The notes under the pieces: model-generated
Database searches by the model: none
Told to the model about the DNA's origin: nothing
Seen by the model: only the letters and a program-made list of their open reading frames with translations
Part shown: piece by piece, positions 10,700 through 23,266 of the stretch
Layout of the letters: each line of letters begins with the position of its first letter
Numbering within the stretch: position 1 is the first letter of the stretch
Position numbers and translations under genes: made by a program
Source of the DNA: Amphiscolops sp. MND2022
Taxonomy: Eukaryota
Direction of reading: 5' to 3'
NCBI GenBank assembly: GCA_964187785.1
Contig: OZ076409.1
Coordinates: forward strand, 42,100,001-42,160,000
Length of the DNA: 60,000 nt

Positions 10700-13600
10700 T
10701 CAAGACGTGTCCATCTCCTTATCTTCCTCTGCTTTCTCAGCGGACGTGTTTTCCTCGTTCTCCTGTTCCATGGGCTCCCCTTCAACTTTAGTGGCACCAC
10801 CCTCAGCTGAAGAAGCATCACCCTCCAAGGTTTCTCCCGTTGAGGCATGTGCCCCATTTTCAGAGGTATCCTTTTTCACTGAATTATTCAGAGCTTCCAC
10901 AAACTGCTTCAGGTCACCATTCGAAGCTGCTCTCAAAGCGTCTTCCCCTGAATCATCCCAGTAAATTAACTACGAGTTACGGCAAATCTTGATCAAAATT
11001 CTTTCTTTCAATTCAAATATTCCAGCTGGAACTGGGAAATGTTATAGGGAAGAATATTGTAAAAACAATGAAACTTCTTTCTGATCTTTGAACTTTTTTC
11101 AAACAATAATTTTTTTCTGGTCAATCAATGTTTTGGAGCAGAAAACTTTTAGGCATTTGAAAATTGACACTTATTCATAATGATAGTAGGGGGCGTTGGT
11201 TTGAGAAATTCGATGATGCAATGCCAGAATCTCCCTAGAACATTTCTAAGTTGCTTTCAAAAAACATATATATTAAACTACGTTTGATACATAATACAAC
11301 TTGAGAAAAAGAGAAATATTCTCGAGGGTTGATAATTAATGATGCTCACCTAAATTGAACTGACTGATGATAGGAGCTAGCTGGCCACTGGAGAAGGCGG
11401 TGGAGAACATGGAGAGTGCTTGCCGGAATTGAGGCGAATTCAGAGACTGCTTTAATTCATCCTTGACGCTGGGAATGAGGTCGCTCGGCTCCTGAGGAAC
11501 GTGCGGGGTTAGTCTGTTGCTCACTTCCTCCGAGCTTAGCACTGAGGCCAGATCCAGGGGTAGGGCTGCTGCCAAATTGGCTTGCTCTGGCCTGCAACCA
11601 AAAGTGCAATCAGTACTGACTGGATCTTTTGGACGGTTTTAGTTTTTATAAGCGGAAATATTATTGTACTCATGATTCATTTCTACCATGTTTCAGTAAC
11701 TATGCCATGCCAGTGGACGTTGCTATGAATGTCTCATGTTTGTTGTTTACAACTGATGTTTGTCTTTCAGTAACCGATGATGCTTCAATGCTTCCCAATT
11801 TAACTAAATTTTCAACAAAAAAACTACGCTCTAAATCACTTCTGGGTTTATCAACTTCTTTAAAATTCTAATAACATTGGTGTAACATTTGGAAAAAATA
11901 TTCGTTGATGCATCCCGGTGATTTAATCATCGGCTATTGTTGTATCTCGTTAGAATACTTGTTGAAAAAAGTTTATCATGTAAAATTCAACTATTCTCTA
12001 GCTCTGTTCTTTTTGTATTAATATGTAAGAGAGAACATCATCTGCATGTGGCAGGCAGGTACATACTATAAATAGCATCATTGTCGATATAGACAATAAA
12101 TAGAAATGAGGCAGACTAATTAGTTTCAAAATTCAGTTCGTCTGTCCTCCACAGCTATACTTTCACACAGACGCAAATAACTTTTTTTCTGAACGTCATT
12201 TACCGCTCAGAGAATACTAGCAAAATCATGCTGAGAAAACAGAAACTTTCCATGAAACTTCTTCAACCTTACTACCAGTTCAAACTTTATACACAATGAC
12301 AGACGTTTCTAAAAAAACTCATTTTTTAAAACAAAAATCCGCCATCGTTTATCTAACAATTGGGGGAAATGACAAAACTACACATTCTGAACATGACGCG
12401 AACTTAGCCACTGAGCTTAATATGATCAGTATATTGAGATTTTCACATTTAACATGAAACAGTAACACTCTAAAATTGGCTTCAGCGTGCAGCTACAAGA
12501 TGATAAGGAGATATCTTGACATTTTCGATAAACTTGTTGCGGGGAAAACGAAAAACACAGTCGCGACATAATTATGTGATCTCAATTTATTAGGACTTGA
12601 GCTAAGAAATTATTCCTTAGTTATTTATCAGCTTTAACTAAGTATTCGATGTTTAAGTAGATATACATATATCAGGACTAAGATATCGATGAAAAACAAT
12701 CATTAACAATTACAAAGAAGAACTGAAATATTTAATCACATACACTCGACATGAAACAGCACTTATCAAGCGGAAATGAATTAAGAATGGCGAAGCGAAT
12801 GTAATCATAATCAAAATATAGATGCAAAATCCTTGAAATGAGCCAAAAACCGATCAAAGTTTTCAAAGATCAATTTCCCAATTTTGAGAAAGACCTCCTC
12901 GTTTATTTCAACTAACATTTGTTTTTTTGGTTACTGCTATTCGAAGCACAATGCCCAAAGTATAACCGACTCGTAAAAATATCATGTTCTATTTTCGTTT
13001 TAACAACCATATTAACCAAAACCGCTTTTCTCTTGCCAATGAGCTTCATGTATACAATGGGTGAAAATATATAAAAGGAATATCGAAAAGATTTCAAGCA
13101 AAGCTAATTGAAAAACATGCGGTGTGCGTTCATTTCACGCACATTCATTTAACCCCATGTTCATTTCACACCATATTGTAATTATACAAACGCGTTTCGC
13201 CTTAATTAACCAATTAACGACTCAACTACTCAACTTTGATGCCTATTGTCTATTTTGAGTCAGCTTTGATTTGAACTGAGCGTGGGGTGAAATGAATGTG
13301 GGGTGAAATGAACGTGGAGTGAAATGAATGTGGGGTGAAATGACGAGGAGTGAAATGATTGTGGGGTTAAATGATACTAAACCAAAAACAACTTACGATG
13401 ACGAGGATGCTTGATTATTTCCACTCAGATTGCTCATAATATCTTGAAATTCTGCCAGCTGAATGGGTGCCGGAGCCTGGCTGCTCACTGGCCTGGATGG
13501 CCTCAATGAACTGTTCTCAGATGTCCTGGCACTTCGAGCTCTGGATCTAGGGTCACCAGTATTAGCTCCACCCAGTCTGGGTCCAAGAGCCCCCGACTGG

Positions 13601-15118
13601 AAAAACTGCTGTAGCATTTGCTCCTGTGCTGAGTTGCCTCCAGATCCACCTAAAAATGTTCAACAATTGACGGTTACTTTATCACCTTTACGTAGGTACC
13701 TCCGGTTCTCAGTGGGGCTCCGATATAGCGAATCATTTCAAGAATTCTACTTGTGTAACATTGAAACTGTTCCTTGATGTATAAACCGCCGTTACTCATC
13801 AGTAGAACTACCAAAGAAGTTTTCACCACTTGAAGAGTCTCAAATGATAAAAAAAATCAGCCACTACGGCACTCAGGAGGAACTTTTCTGCGACTTGCAA
13901 TAATTATCGAAAAGTGAATGTCACAAGCGAGACTAACCGAACATCTGAGAAAGAAGCTGCTCGGTGCTAGCACTAGAAAGGTTGGCCATCATATCGGCAC
14001 CTCCGTTTGTGCCGTCATCAGGCTCGTTCAAAATCTTGTTGATTTTGGTGGAGTATTCTTCGTCCTTGGTATCTTTCGGCTCCTGCATCCAGAAAAACAA
14101 CTTCTTGGAGGAGTTTGTGAAGCGCAGAAGGTACACACGACCAGTTTTAGACTGTGTGACTTTGGACCAATGACAATCGTCGGGAAATACTGAAACACAC
14201 TGAGAAGAATTGAAACTTGAACCTCAAAAACGAAAATCTTGCAATTAGTAATTAGGAGATACATTTCATCATAGTATATTCATTTCCATAAGATTAGTAT
14301 AATTGAGTTGCTCGTATAATTGGGTTTATGATACGAGATTTAGCTCTAAGCTGAAAAATGGAAAAATTTCCAATTCAAATAAAGATACTCCGCTTCTGAT
14401 ACAAAAATTGAACGAAATTTGTTTGGCAACGTAGCCCTACCCCACTTACAGCAGTATTTCCAGTTTTGAAAAAATTCTGCTGAAGGTGTAAACTTTCCAA
14501 AGCAAGACAATTATTGAGGAACGTTTTAGCTACTTTCATGATTTAAAAGGCAAAGAAATTATTGAAATAATATTGTAAAAAAGCTTTTGAAAATCGTCAA
14601 AGTAAATGCTTTCATTGCTTTTCTTGCCAATGAAAGCCCAAAAGGGGAAAACAGGTTCCTTGCAAATGATTCTAGGCATAATTATTTTTTACAAACCTTG
14701 GTTGAAAGACAAAAAACTTGAAAATTCTGGGGAGGAACTTTTCCTTGAGAAACGATTTTCTAACAGTGGCATTATTTTGCATTTTGATGCTCAAGAAAAA
14801 ATGACAAACACTGGAAATTATACAAAAATTTTCCTCCATCCTTACAACTGAATCTCTGCTGTTCCAAAAAACTTTTCACTTTTTGCTATTAAACTGACCG
14901 ATGAGATCGTCCTCAACAGCCCCGGAAGTTCTGTCTTTCCAACACACATGGGTGAGCATGGTCTCACGCTCCTTGTGAATGTAAAACATCCCCTTGCGCT
15001 TGTCTGCCACTACTTTGTTGCCCTTCAGTTCCATCTTACCAGCCTTGAACTCGATCAGGTTCTTGGATTCATTCCCTCTCGCCGAGTTTTGCACGCCCGC
15101 AGAAAACAAAGCTGCCAT
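10700..15118 (-). CDS. ADRM1: Proteasomal ubiquitin receptor ADRM1/Rpn13 (~404 aa)
   Basis: Exons 15118-14899, 14189-13938, 13649-13397, 11591-11350, 10947-10700, all GT-AG, total 1215 nt; PRU motifs [38 protein letters not shown]-terminal [12 protein letters not shown]. Confidence 0.96.
13120..13383. repeat. Foldback-like element with 16-bp tandem units in an ADRM1 intron
   Basis: ~6 x GTGGGGTGAAATGAAT at 13283-13375; ~3 inverted copies (TTCATTTCACVC) at 13128-13172. Confidence 0.7.
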
Positions 15119-15208
15119 TTCTATTCTGAAATAAATAGTTGCTTAAGGTCATGTAAAAAATAACTAGAACACCAACTTGAATTTTAGCTCATCTGTTTGA
15201 TCTGTTAT

Positions 15209-15560
15209 CTAATCGGCGTTTTATGAAATGAAACGCGACTATCATAGTGGCTTCTCTAGTTTTTTTCTAATCCGGTCAACGAGACGCAAAAAGTTTTACA
15301 CAAATTCTTCAATAGGCCAAAGATAGGCCGAGTGTCAAGGGGGATCGCTCTTTTCAACATTTTTATTCGAATTACAAACTATATGAGGTTTTTCGGCAGT
15401 GTGCAACTTTTTTCGTAAGAAGTTTTCATTCCACAAACGGTTCTCGCTTTGTTTTGTTTTCATGCTTTTAGTTTAAAAAATATTAAACCCAAAGGTCCCT
15501 CTTTCCGATTTTTTTTTCGGTGAGACTGACAATTTTGAGAATAACTCCTTGATGATTTGA
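15209..15560 (+). mobile_element. Truncated copy of Helentron-like family A
   Basis: Start resembles the 19895 copy (GAAACGCGACTAT..AGTG); no 3' end seen. Confidence 0.5.
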
Positions 15561-15754
15561 AGTAATCCGCTGTTTTAAAAACGTTCGCGCGCAATCACTC
15601 GGAGATGAATTTCTGCTTTAGTCTTCAAAGTTCAATATTACCAAGACGGGAACGTCTAAAGTCGGCGTTATATCTAAGGCTCAAAAAACGCAGAAATTTT
15701 AAAACTGTAAAAGGAGGGAACCTTCGGGCTTTTTGAAAATCCAATTTGTTGCAA

Positions 15755-16927
15755 TGAAGAAATGAATATATAAATCACATTTGTTACCCTGTAGGGTGCA
15801 CAAAACTCAAGTTTTCCACGTTTACAGCGGACACAGTCGGTGACCAATTTACAATACATACTGAGGTGCGTTAATCTTACGGTGCTTGTCAAAATCATCA
15901 GTTGATCAAGTTTCAGAATAGTGGGGTTTTGTTGATAGCACTTGCTTAGGTATTTTGCACGCAAGTCTTGTAACTCGGGGCAGACCAGTGAAAAGTGATC
16001 CTCATCGGCATTCACCTGATTATTACAGAGTGGACAAGGCGTCTCCTTTACCCCTGTATTTTTTCCTGACATCTGTTATAGTCAGTGCAGCACATCGAAA
16101 TCTACTCAATTCAATTCTATCTTTTGTCTTCAGGGTAAAAACATGGCTCTATCCGATATTTGTAATAATACGAAGCATGCACTCTGCAGAATGAGTTATT
16201 TTTCAATGAGGTGTTTCACTGTTGCATTGACACATCCTGTAGCTTGTTCTTGATATATTCTTTAAAGTGAGCTTCATTAACATTTTCGATAAAATGATAA
16301 GCACCGGGAATTCCGCATTCTATCAGTATTGCTTGAACACAGATAATCATTTATTTGGATGAGAAATTTTTCGTAGGTACATGTACATTAGGGACGAGTT
16401 TTTTGTCGTCGCTCAATCTTCTCAAGAACCCAAAACTCGAAGTCAAATTTGATAATTCATTTCACTTCTTCCTAATTCACTGTAAATTATTGCCTTTGGA
16501 GTTCGCAACTGTTCACCACGTTTAAAAGCGTTCGCAAAAAATTCTGATGAAAAATTTCAAAATGTTCACATCCCCAAACTTCGCAGCCATACCTTAGGAT
16601 CGGCAGAATAATCGAGTCGAACAAGTGTAGTTTTGTCTGTATTGCGACTTCATGACCACTTGTTTCGGCTCTCAATTTGAATAACGCTTTCCTTGCTTTG
16701 TCAACGTTAATTTTTATCGTTAGTTGAAAGCTATTGTTGTACTTCAAAATTACCCCTAAATAGCAAAAGCTGTTTGTTTCTAAAAACTCTTTGAATTGGG
16801 CTGTTGTTTATGAACATCATTGACGATTTACGAACTTTTCCCTGGACAAGATCATATATCTTGTTTTGGAACAGTTTATTCGATTATTAAAATTACTGGG
16901 AATTTGATATGCAGCATTCAAAGCGTT
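15755..16927 (-). pseudogene. 5'-truncated copy of the RTEX-like LINE
   Basis: Homologous to ~25440-26610 (KYNN..VDKA..LFDSIILPIL.YGCEVWG; CPLCNNQVNADEDHF..VC). Confidence 0.9.
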
Positions 16928-17362
16928 TCGCAAAATATCACAAAAATTGAAGGAGACGCTGAAAAATTTTCGAAAAAAAACGAAAAATGAGAATTTTGAA
17001 AAAGTCTCATAAAGCCAAAAAAATCAAAACCGGAGACCCTTTGGGCTTTTTGAAACTTTAGTTTGCTGCAAATTATCAAAAAAGTTGAAGGGGACCCTTT
17101 GGAGACAAAAACAATTCGAAAAAGCGTTCGCAAAAAAATTCTGATGAAAAATTTCAAAATGTTCACATCCCCGAACTTCGCAGCCATACCTTAGGATCGG
17201 CAAAATAATCGAGCCGAACAAGTGTAGTTTTGTCTGTATTGCGATTTCATGACCACTTGTTTCGGCTCTCAATTTGAATAACGCTTTCTTGGCTTTGTCA
17301 ACGTTAATTTTTATCGTTAGTTGAAAGCTATTGTTGTACTTCAAAATTACCCCTAAATAGCA

Positions 17363-17651
17363 CACAGAGGCGAAGCGGTGCTTCGCAACACATGACGAAG
17401 ACATCGATTATTTTAATATGCGTATATATATTATTTTAATCGCATGCGTATATATTCAACAGTTCAACTTTGTTCAATAACGTCCCTATGGCACAGTGGT
17501 CAACACTTATGCCGTGCAACCGGGAGGCTGCAGGTTCGAATTTCTCTGGGGTTTTGGCTTTATTCTAAAAAGCGCTCATTATGAAGTTGACTATAGTGGA
17601 AAAAAAACTTTCTTAGCTGGACTGCAATGCACATTGATTTCGTCATGTGCA
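17363..17651 (-). mobile_element. Helentron-like non-autonomous element, family B, with tRNA-like interior
   Basis: subTIRs CACATGACGAA (17389-17399) / TTCGTCATGTG (17639-17649); hairpin GCGAAGC-GGT-GCTTCGC (17370-17386); empty site visible at ~16765. Confidence 0.75.
17482..17555 (+). pseudogene. tRNA-derived sequence (A and B boxes, TGC anticodon-like), not a well-formed tRNA
   Basis: TGGCACAGTGG, GGTTCGAAT, followed by TTTT; stems poorly paired. Confidence 0.6.
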
Positions 17652-19894
17652 AAAAGCTGTTGGTTTCTAAAAACTCTTTGAATTGGGCTGTTGTTTATGA
17701 ACATCATTGACGATTTACAAACTTTTCCCAGGACAAGATCATATATCTTGTTTTGCAACAGTTTATTCGATTATTAAAATTACTGGGATTTTGATATGCA
17801 GCATTTAAAGCGTTTTGCAAAATATCACAAAAATAGAAGGGGGAGATGCTAAAAAATTTTCGAAAAAAAACGAAAAATGAGAATTTTGAAAAAGTCTCAA
17901 AAAGCCAAAAAAATCAAAACGGGAGACCCTTTGGGCTTTTTGAAACTTTGAAGGGGACCCTTTGGAGACAAAAACAATTCGAAAATTCGCACAGTGCCGA
18001 AAAAATTCAAAGGGGCCCTATAGTCCCGTCATGTTTTGTATCTTACGTTTAAAATGGAGTAAATGAAAGGGGGACACTTTGCACTAACTAAGATGCGTTT
18101 CCAGTTGCCGGTCCAGTAGTTTAGTAGTTCTGTAAAGTGTCCACTACGCATACACTGTTGCCTGACGAAAAAAAATAGTCACTGTAATAGTCGGGCTTTT
18201 TTCCTTTAAAAAATGCGCCGACTGAACACAACAGCTTGGAATAACTACACACTGCGGTTAAGTCTTCACACAGCGCAAATTTGTCCACTTTACCAGTTTA
18301 CAAAGCCTTTAACTCTTCTCGGATTAACGGAAAAACAACTACTAAAGTCTATACGACGTTTCGCATTCGTATTTAAGGTGGACTCTGTTGTTAAATGAAA
18401 AATTTCGAAAAAGTTGCACAAAGAGCATGAAAGTAGGGACCCTTTGCTACTTCCTAGTTTGTAACATGGTCCTAGATGCATTTTAGACTCGCTTCACAAC
18501 TAACGAAGTTGAACAAATCGAACTCAAAAAAGTGGACAATACGATGAGGCTGAAGAAAACAGGGCGACCAGCGGCCCCCGAAAACGCTTTTCTCTCAACG
18601 AAAACGTTTAAATACTATAGTGGGCTTATATTTTATATAGCAACAATTTAAAATCATTTTTTCTAGGTGTATCAGATCGGAAAGTTTCGAAAACATATAT
18701 TATTCGAAGCGGAAGTAGAGCAGATGGTTTAGACACCTCCTTAAAAAGCTTTGTCACAATACGGTAATAATTACGGCAACCTAAAAACATCAAATAGAGA
18801 TGGTACAAACTAGAGATCGTGCCAATATTAAACCCCGCATTAGTTCGCTTTCCCTAGGTCAAAGGTCAAACAGTGAAATTGAAACTCGCTATAAAAGAAA
18901 AGGTGCATTAACTGAGTTTCACTGCTGGCCCATTTTTGATAGAAATAAAAAAAAACAAGAGCTATTGTGTCAGTAATTTTACTATAAGTGTCGATTGTGC
19001 CATTGTTTATATTGAGACTGCTCAATAACCGGTTGATGAGTTTTTGAACAGTTGAGAAACTTCAACCGGTCGGTTAACGGAAAAAAGTTAAGGAAAATGG
19101 AATTTGAACACATACAAGTAGTTGGCCTTCTCGATGTTAAACATAGTTGTCCGTTGAACAGAGGACGTCGAAAAGATTCCAAGCTCGTTGATGCCTCAAA
19201 TTGAGGACATTTAGATTACCCCAAAGTGTCCCTCCACCAGCGTGGTTTTCGAAGTCACAAAAATGTTTTTTTTTCTATAACTTGACCATTTAAAAAATTG
19301 CAGAATGGGTGCTTTTATAATTCTCCAAAATTCCCTTCTTTCGGTCTCATTCCAATGTAATACCGTTTTGATTAAAGAAGCTTAAACTGAGAAAATTAGA
19401 ACCTAGTAACGAATATAGAATTTACAATTTTCTCAGGAGTAATTTTCTCAGGACTAAAAACTAATTAGTTTTTCACGGCTGTACACAAGAATTATAAATA
19501 CAGCTGTAGTTACAAGTGCTGTTTTCTAACAAAGTTTCAGAATGCTTCGGTACAGATGCAAGAACGATAGATTATGTCGTTAGTTGAGTTACCATATCGG
19601 TTTAAGGATTAACCAGTTTTTTTTTCAGGCTTAATCTATAAGGCAAAAATTTCAAACGGTCCAGGCAATTAATTGCTCCAGGGGATTTGAAGGCGTGGTA
19701 AAGTCAACAAGAGAACTGAGAATATTTGGTTTCCGAGAATCTGGTAATTCAATTGTCGCATTTAGAACTCATAAGACGCCAAGTCAGTAACCAAAAATTA
19801 CCAGCCTTCACTCACATTAAATGAGAATAATTGTCGATCAAATCGCATATATCAACTTTTGACGTTCGGCGAAAGGAACGTCCTTGACATATCA

Positions 19895-20580
19895 TTTTTA
19901 GTCAGCGCTTCATGAAGTGAAACGCGACTATTACAGTGACTTTTCCCTAAATTTTTTTCAATCCACACGAACTGACCAAAATAGTTCTTAAAAGTCCTAC
20001 GAAATTTTATGGTCCCAAATTGAATCATTTGGCCTGGCGAACTGGACAAAAAAGGTTTTTCCTCTTTTTCCGCGTAACATACAATACCGGGAAAGACTAA
20101 AGGGTCCGCCCTTTCAGTTTTTTTCGGTATTGTGAGAATTTTTTCGATAAAAATTCCCTTCAATTTTTTGATGCTTTGCGACAGAATGATGTTGAAAAAT
20201 CCATAAGCGTCCCCCTTTCAGTTTTTTTGGCATTGCGAGACTTTTTTCGGGAAAATTTTTTCCCAAAGCGTCCCCCTTTCAATTTTTTGATGTTTGCGAC
20301 AGAGTGGATGTTGAAAAATCACAAATGGTCCCCCTTTGTTTTTTTTCGGAATTTTTTTTTCACAATGGATGTTAAAAAATGCAAAATAGAGAATTCCCTC
20401 CTTTTAGCGCGCCAGGGGCCCGCGCTAGCGGGCACATGGCGCGCCAGTTCGGTTGTTTGGGTTTTTTCGTGAGTTTGATACTCTTTTTGTGAGTTTGATA
20501 CGGAGTTTTTTGAGACTTTCATGTCCTTTTGCTATTTTGAGCTTTAGATATGGCGCCGACTTATGCCGTTTCCGGCTTGT
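19895..20580 (+). mobile_element. Helentron-like family A copy
   Basis: TTTTTAGTCAGCGC..CGCGACT start; GGCGCCGACTT + GCCG-TTTC-CGGC hairpin + TTGT end. Confidence 0.75.
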
Positions 20581-22019
20581 ATAGTGTGAGTCAAATGTTA
20601 GAAAGAGGTTAAAAAAATCTAGGATTAAAGATATCAGCCAAATCGATTGAACCAATTTTAGAAAAACGAATTATCCGATTATTTAACATATTGAAACGCT
20701 CGAGGTTACTGAAAAGAACCACGCGGAAGAGTGATTTGGAATCCGAAAATGTGAGGAAATGGTGGTTTAAATCAAATATTAGCTTTGTGAAAAAAAATTG
20801 GATTTTTCAGATGTTGACGTTTCCAAAATAAAAAGTTCCCGAACTTAGTGCCTATCCACAGCACTGAAACAATCCGTTAAGGGACTCTTATTCAACGGAA
20901 TAGCGCTGATCTATCAGTTAACAATTTAGGCAATTCAAAAAACCGAACTGTTCATTCAATGGTGAATCCGGAAAACTGCAATTGGACAACCGTTCAGTTA
21001 GACGACTGTCCAATTGATCGATTGAAAATGCTCACCACAGGAAATCATTATCACAGGAACTTGATTCAAGTGCGGAACGGTCGGTTAGTAAACAAGCTAA
21101 AGTTTCACCACAGCATCGAATTCAATTATGTAATGCATTGAAATCTTTGATCTTAATACTTCAAAAACGTTACCGTTTTTTTCTAACTCCATCTGATTAC
21201 TGACTTCAACTTTTGAATTCTACATTGAGTCCGCAGAGAACCCTATTATCAGCACAGGAATTCCAATTTTACAAGCAAGTTAAACTGAAATTACCCTCCA
21301 ACAGCCCTACATTCTTTGGTGAGATCGTTCTTTTTCCGTTTTTTTTCTTCGACTGGTGAATGGTACATGTTATAGGAGCTAGTTCGCTCCACAAGGCCGA
21401 CAAAAGGTTGGACAACCTGAAAAAAGATGTAACGACTATCCCTGGTCTGAGTTTTGTCCACAATTCCCGATACAAACAGCTTGATTTTTTACTTGGCGCA
21501 TCACTAGCTAAGAAAAAAGGGTAGTTATTTGGCACGACCTATTGAACAACAGTGTTACGTCTCACTCATCAAATAACTATCGCCCCCTAAAATTGAAGAT
21601 CTTATTGAGCGCCTGAAAAAAGTGAAGAGTTTAGCTGCAGTTATTTATTGTCGTCGGATTTTTGCACCGGATTTTTACGACGCTTCGAAAAAAGTTGGTG
21701 TCCCGGTCATCGGTGTCACACGCAACTTAATCTCGAAACAAAAACAAGGCATACCGGACATACCACACAAGTACAAGCAGTTGCATCAACAACCAACACT
21801 AGAACAAAAGTCTTTGGGGATTGTGATAAAGTACAAGGACAATCTAAAGGGGTTGGAGAAAAACAGACGCTCCAAAAAGAGAAAAATATCACAAAGCCGA
21901 CGCAAAGCTCGTCAACGAAAGCTGCTATCCAATTAACAGTTGAAAAGGTAAGAAAAAGCGTTTCAGTTTGTTGACTTCGAGATTAGTTTCTCGAAGGCCT
22001 TTCTGTTTCGCCTTTTCTG

Positions 22020-23236
22020 ATGTCAAGATCAACTGTTAAAAGCAAGATACCGATTGGGAACAGTAATACTTAACAAAGATCGGACTAAACTGCTGCGAAG
22101 TCCAGTTGGATCAGAGAAAATGGAAAATTCAGCTGGTAAAGAGTTTGTCACACTGAGTCAGCCACTCAAAAAAGGACTTTGTCAGAATCCAAAGAAAGCG
22201 ATCTTGGCATATCGAGATGGAAGACATTGCTACATCGCTTGCTCCCTTGGTGGTAGAAAACATTCGCGAGAGCGTCACTAACAAGATAAACGAATCCCTT
22301 GAAACTTTAAACAACAATTTAAATGCCCAGTTAGGAAATATTGTCCAAAAACTTGACTCCATTTAAAGAAAAAACAGACATTGATGTTAAATTGAATAAC
22401 CTATCAGATAAAGTTGAGGATGTAAAGACCGAGCAACAGACTCTTGCGGCGAAAATTGATTACATGGAGCAAAAACACAACCAACAAACCGATGAAATAA
22501 AGGACTTGAAAATGCGTATACAAGAGCTGGAAATCAACAAAAGCAGTTTCACTATGAAATTGGACAGATACGAGAGGACTTAGCTCAACCCGTATTGGTT
22601 AACCAAATGGTAAATGAGACGAGAGAGCAAATGAATCAACTACTAGAAGATTCACAAGCGAAAGTACAGCAACGCCTTAATGAAATGGTCGAAAGAAAGG
22701 AGATGGAAACTGGAATGGACGCGAACGAAATCATTTGTTTACAGAATGAAAGCAGGTTAGAAGGACTGGAACAGTATGCAAGGAGAGACTACCTCATGTT
22801 CTTCGGTCTAGTTGAAGAAAGAGAAGAAAACACCACCATGAAGGTCGTTGAAACAGCGGCAGCCATGGGTCTAGATATCAGTGTGGAAAAAGTGTCAATC
22901 AGCCATCGACTGCAAACCAGAAACCGGCAAGATGGAGAGCCACGCCCCATCATTGCCAAGTTTGTCCGGAGGACGACTAAACAAATGGTGTACTCAGCGA
23001 AGCACAAACTCAAATTCTCTGATAACCACTTCAGTGTATATATCAGAGAACATTTGACGCAAGAAAGAGCCCGCGCTGTTTACCACTTGAAGAAGAAAGG
23101 CTACAGCGTCTATACGGACGAATCCCGACTAAACTACTCTAAAGACAATGAAAAAGGAGTCATTAATGCTCTCATTGAACTACACACTAAACTGAATTGG
23201 GATAAACAACAAATGTTGAAAGTGTTCAACAAGTAG
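22020..23236 (+). pseudogene. LINE ORF1 (coiled coil plus RRM-like), degenerate
   Basis: Heptad-rich region, then LEQYARRDYLMFFGL..PRPIIAKF..YIREHLT typical of LINE ORF1; internal stops. Confidence 0.85.
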
Positions 23237-23266
23237 CAGCCAAAAAAGAGTGAAAAAACGGCATCT

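Larger units (their letters stand above)
17122..17985. repeat. Tandem duplicate of ~16525-17121 (LINE piece plus family A piece), interrupted by a 290-bp insertion
   Basis: Near-identical sequence 16525-16765 = 17122-17362 and 16765-17120 = 17651-17985. Confidence 0.85.
15640..18226 (-). mobile_element. Helentron-like (HINE/DINE-type) family A copy with nested insertions
   Basis: Ends AAGTCGGCGTTATATCTAAGGCTCAAAA and AGTCGGG..GCGCCGACT match other copies; internal GGGGACCC repeats. Confidence 0.7.

Noticed and set aside
21622..21974. Two ~105-aa ORFs upstream of LINE ORF1
   Set aside because: Non-ATG starts and no motifs; probably 5' UTR or decayed sequence
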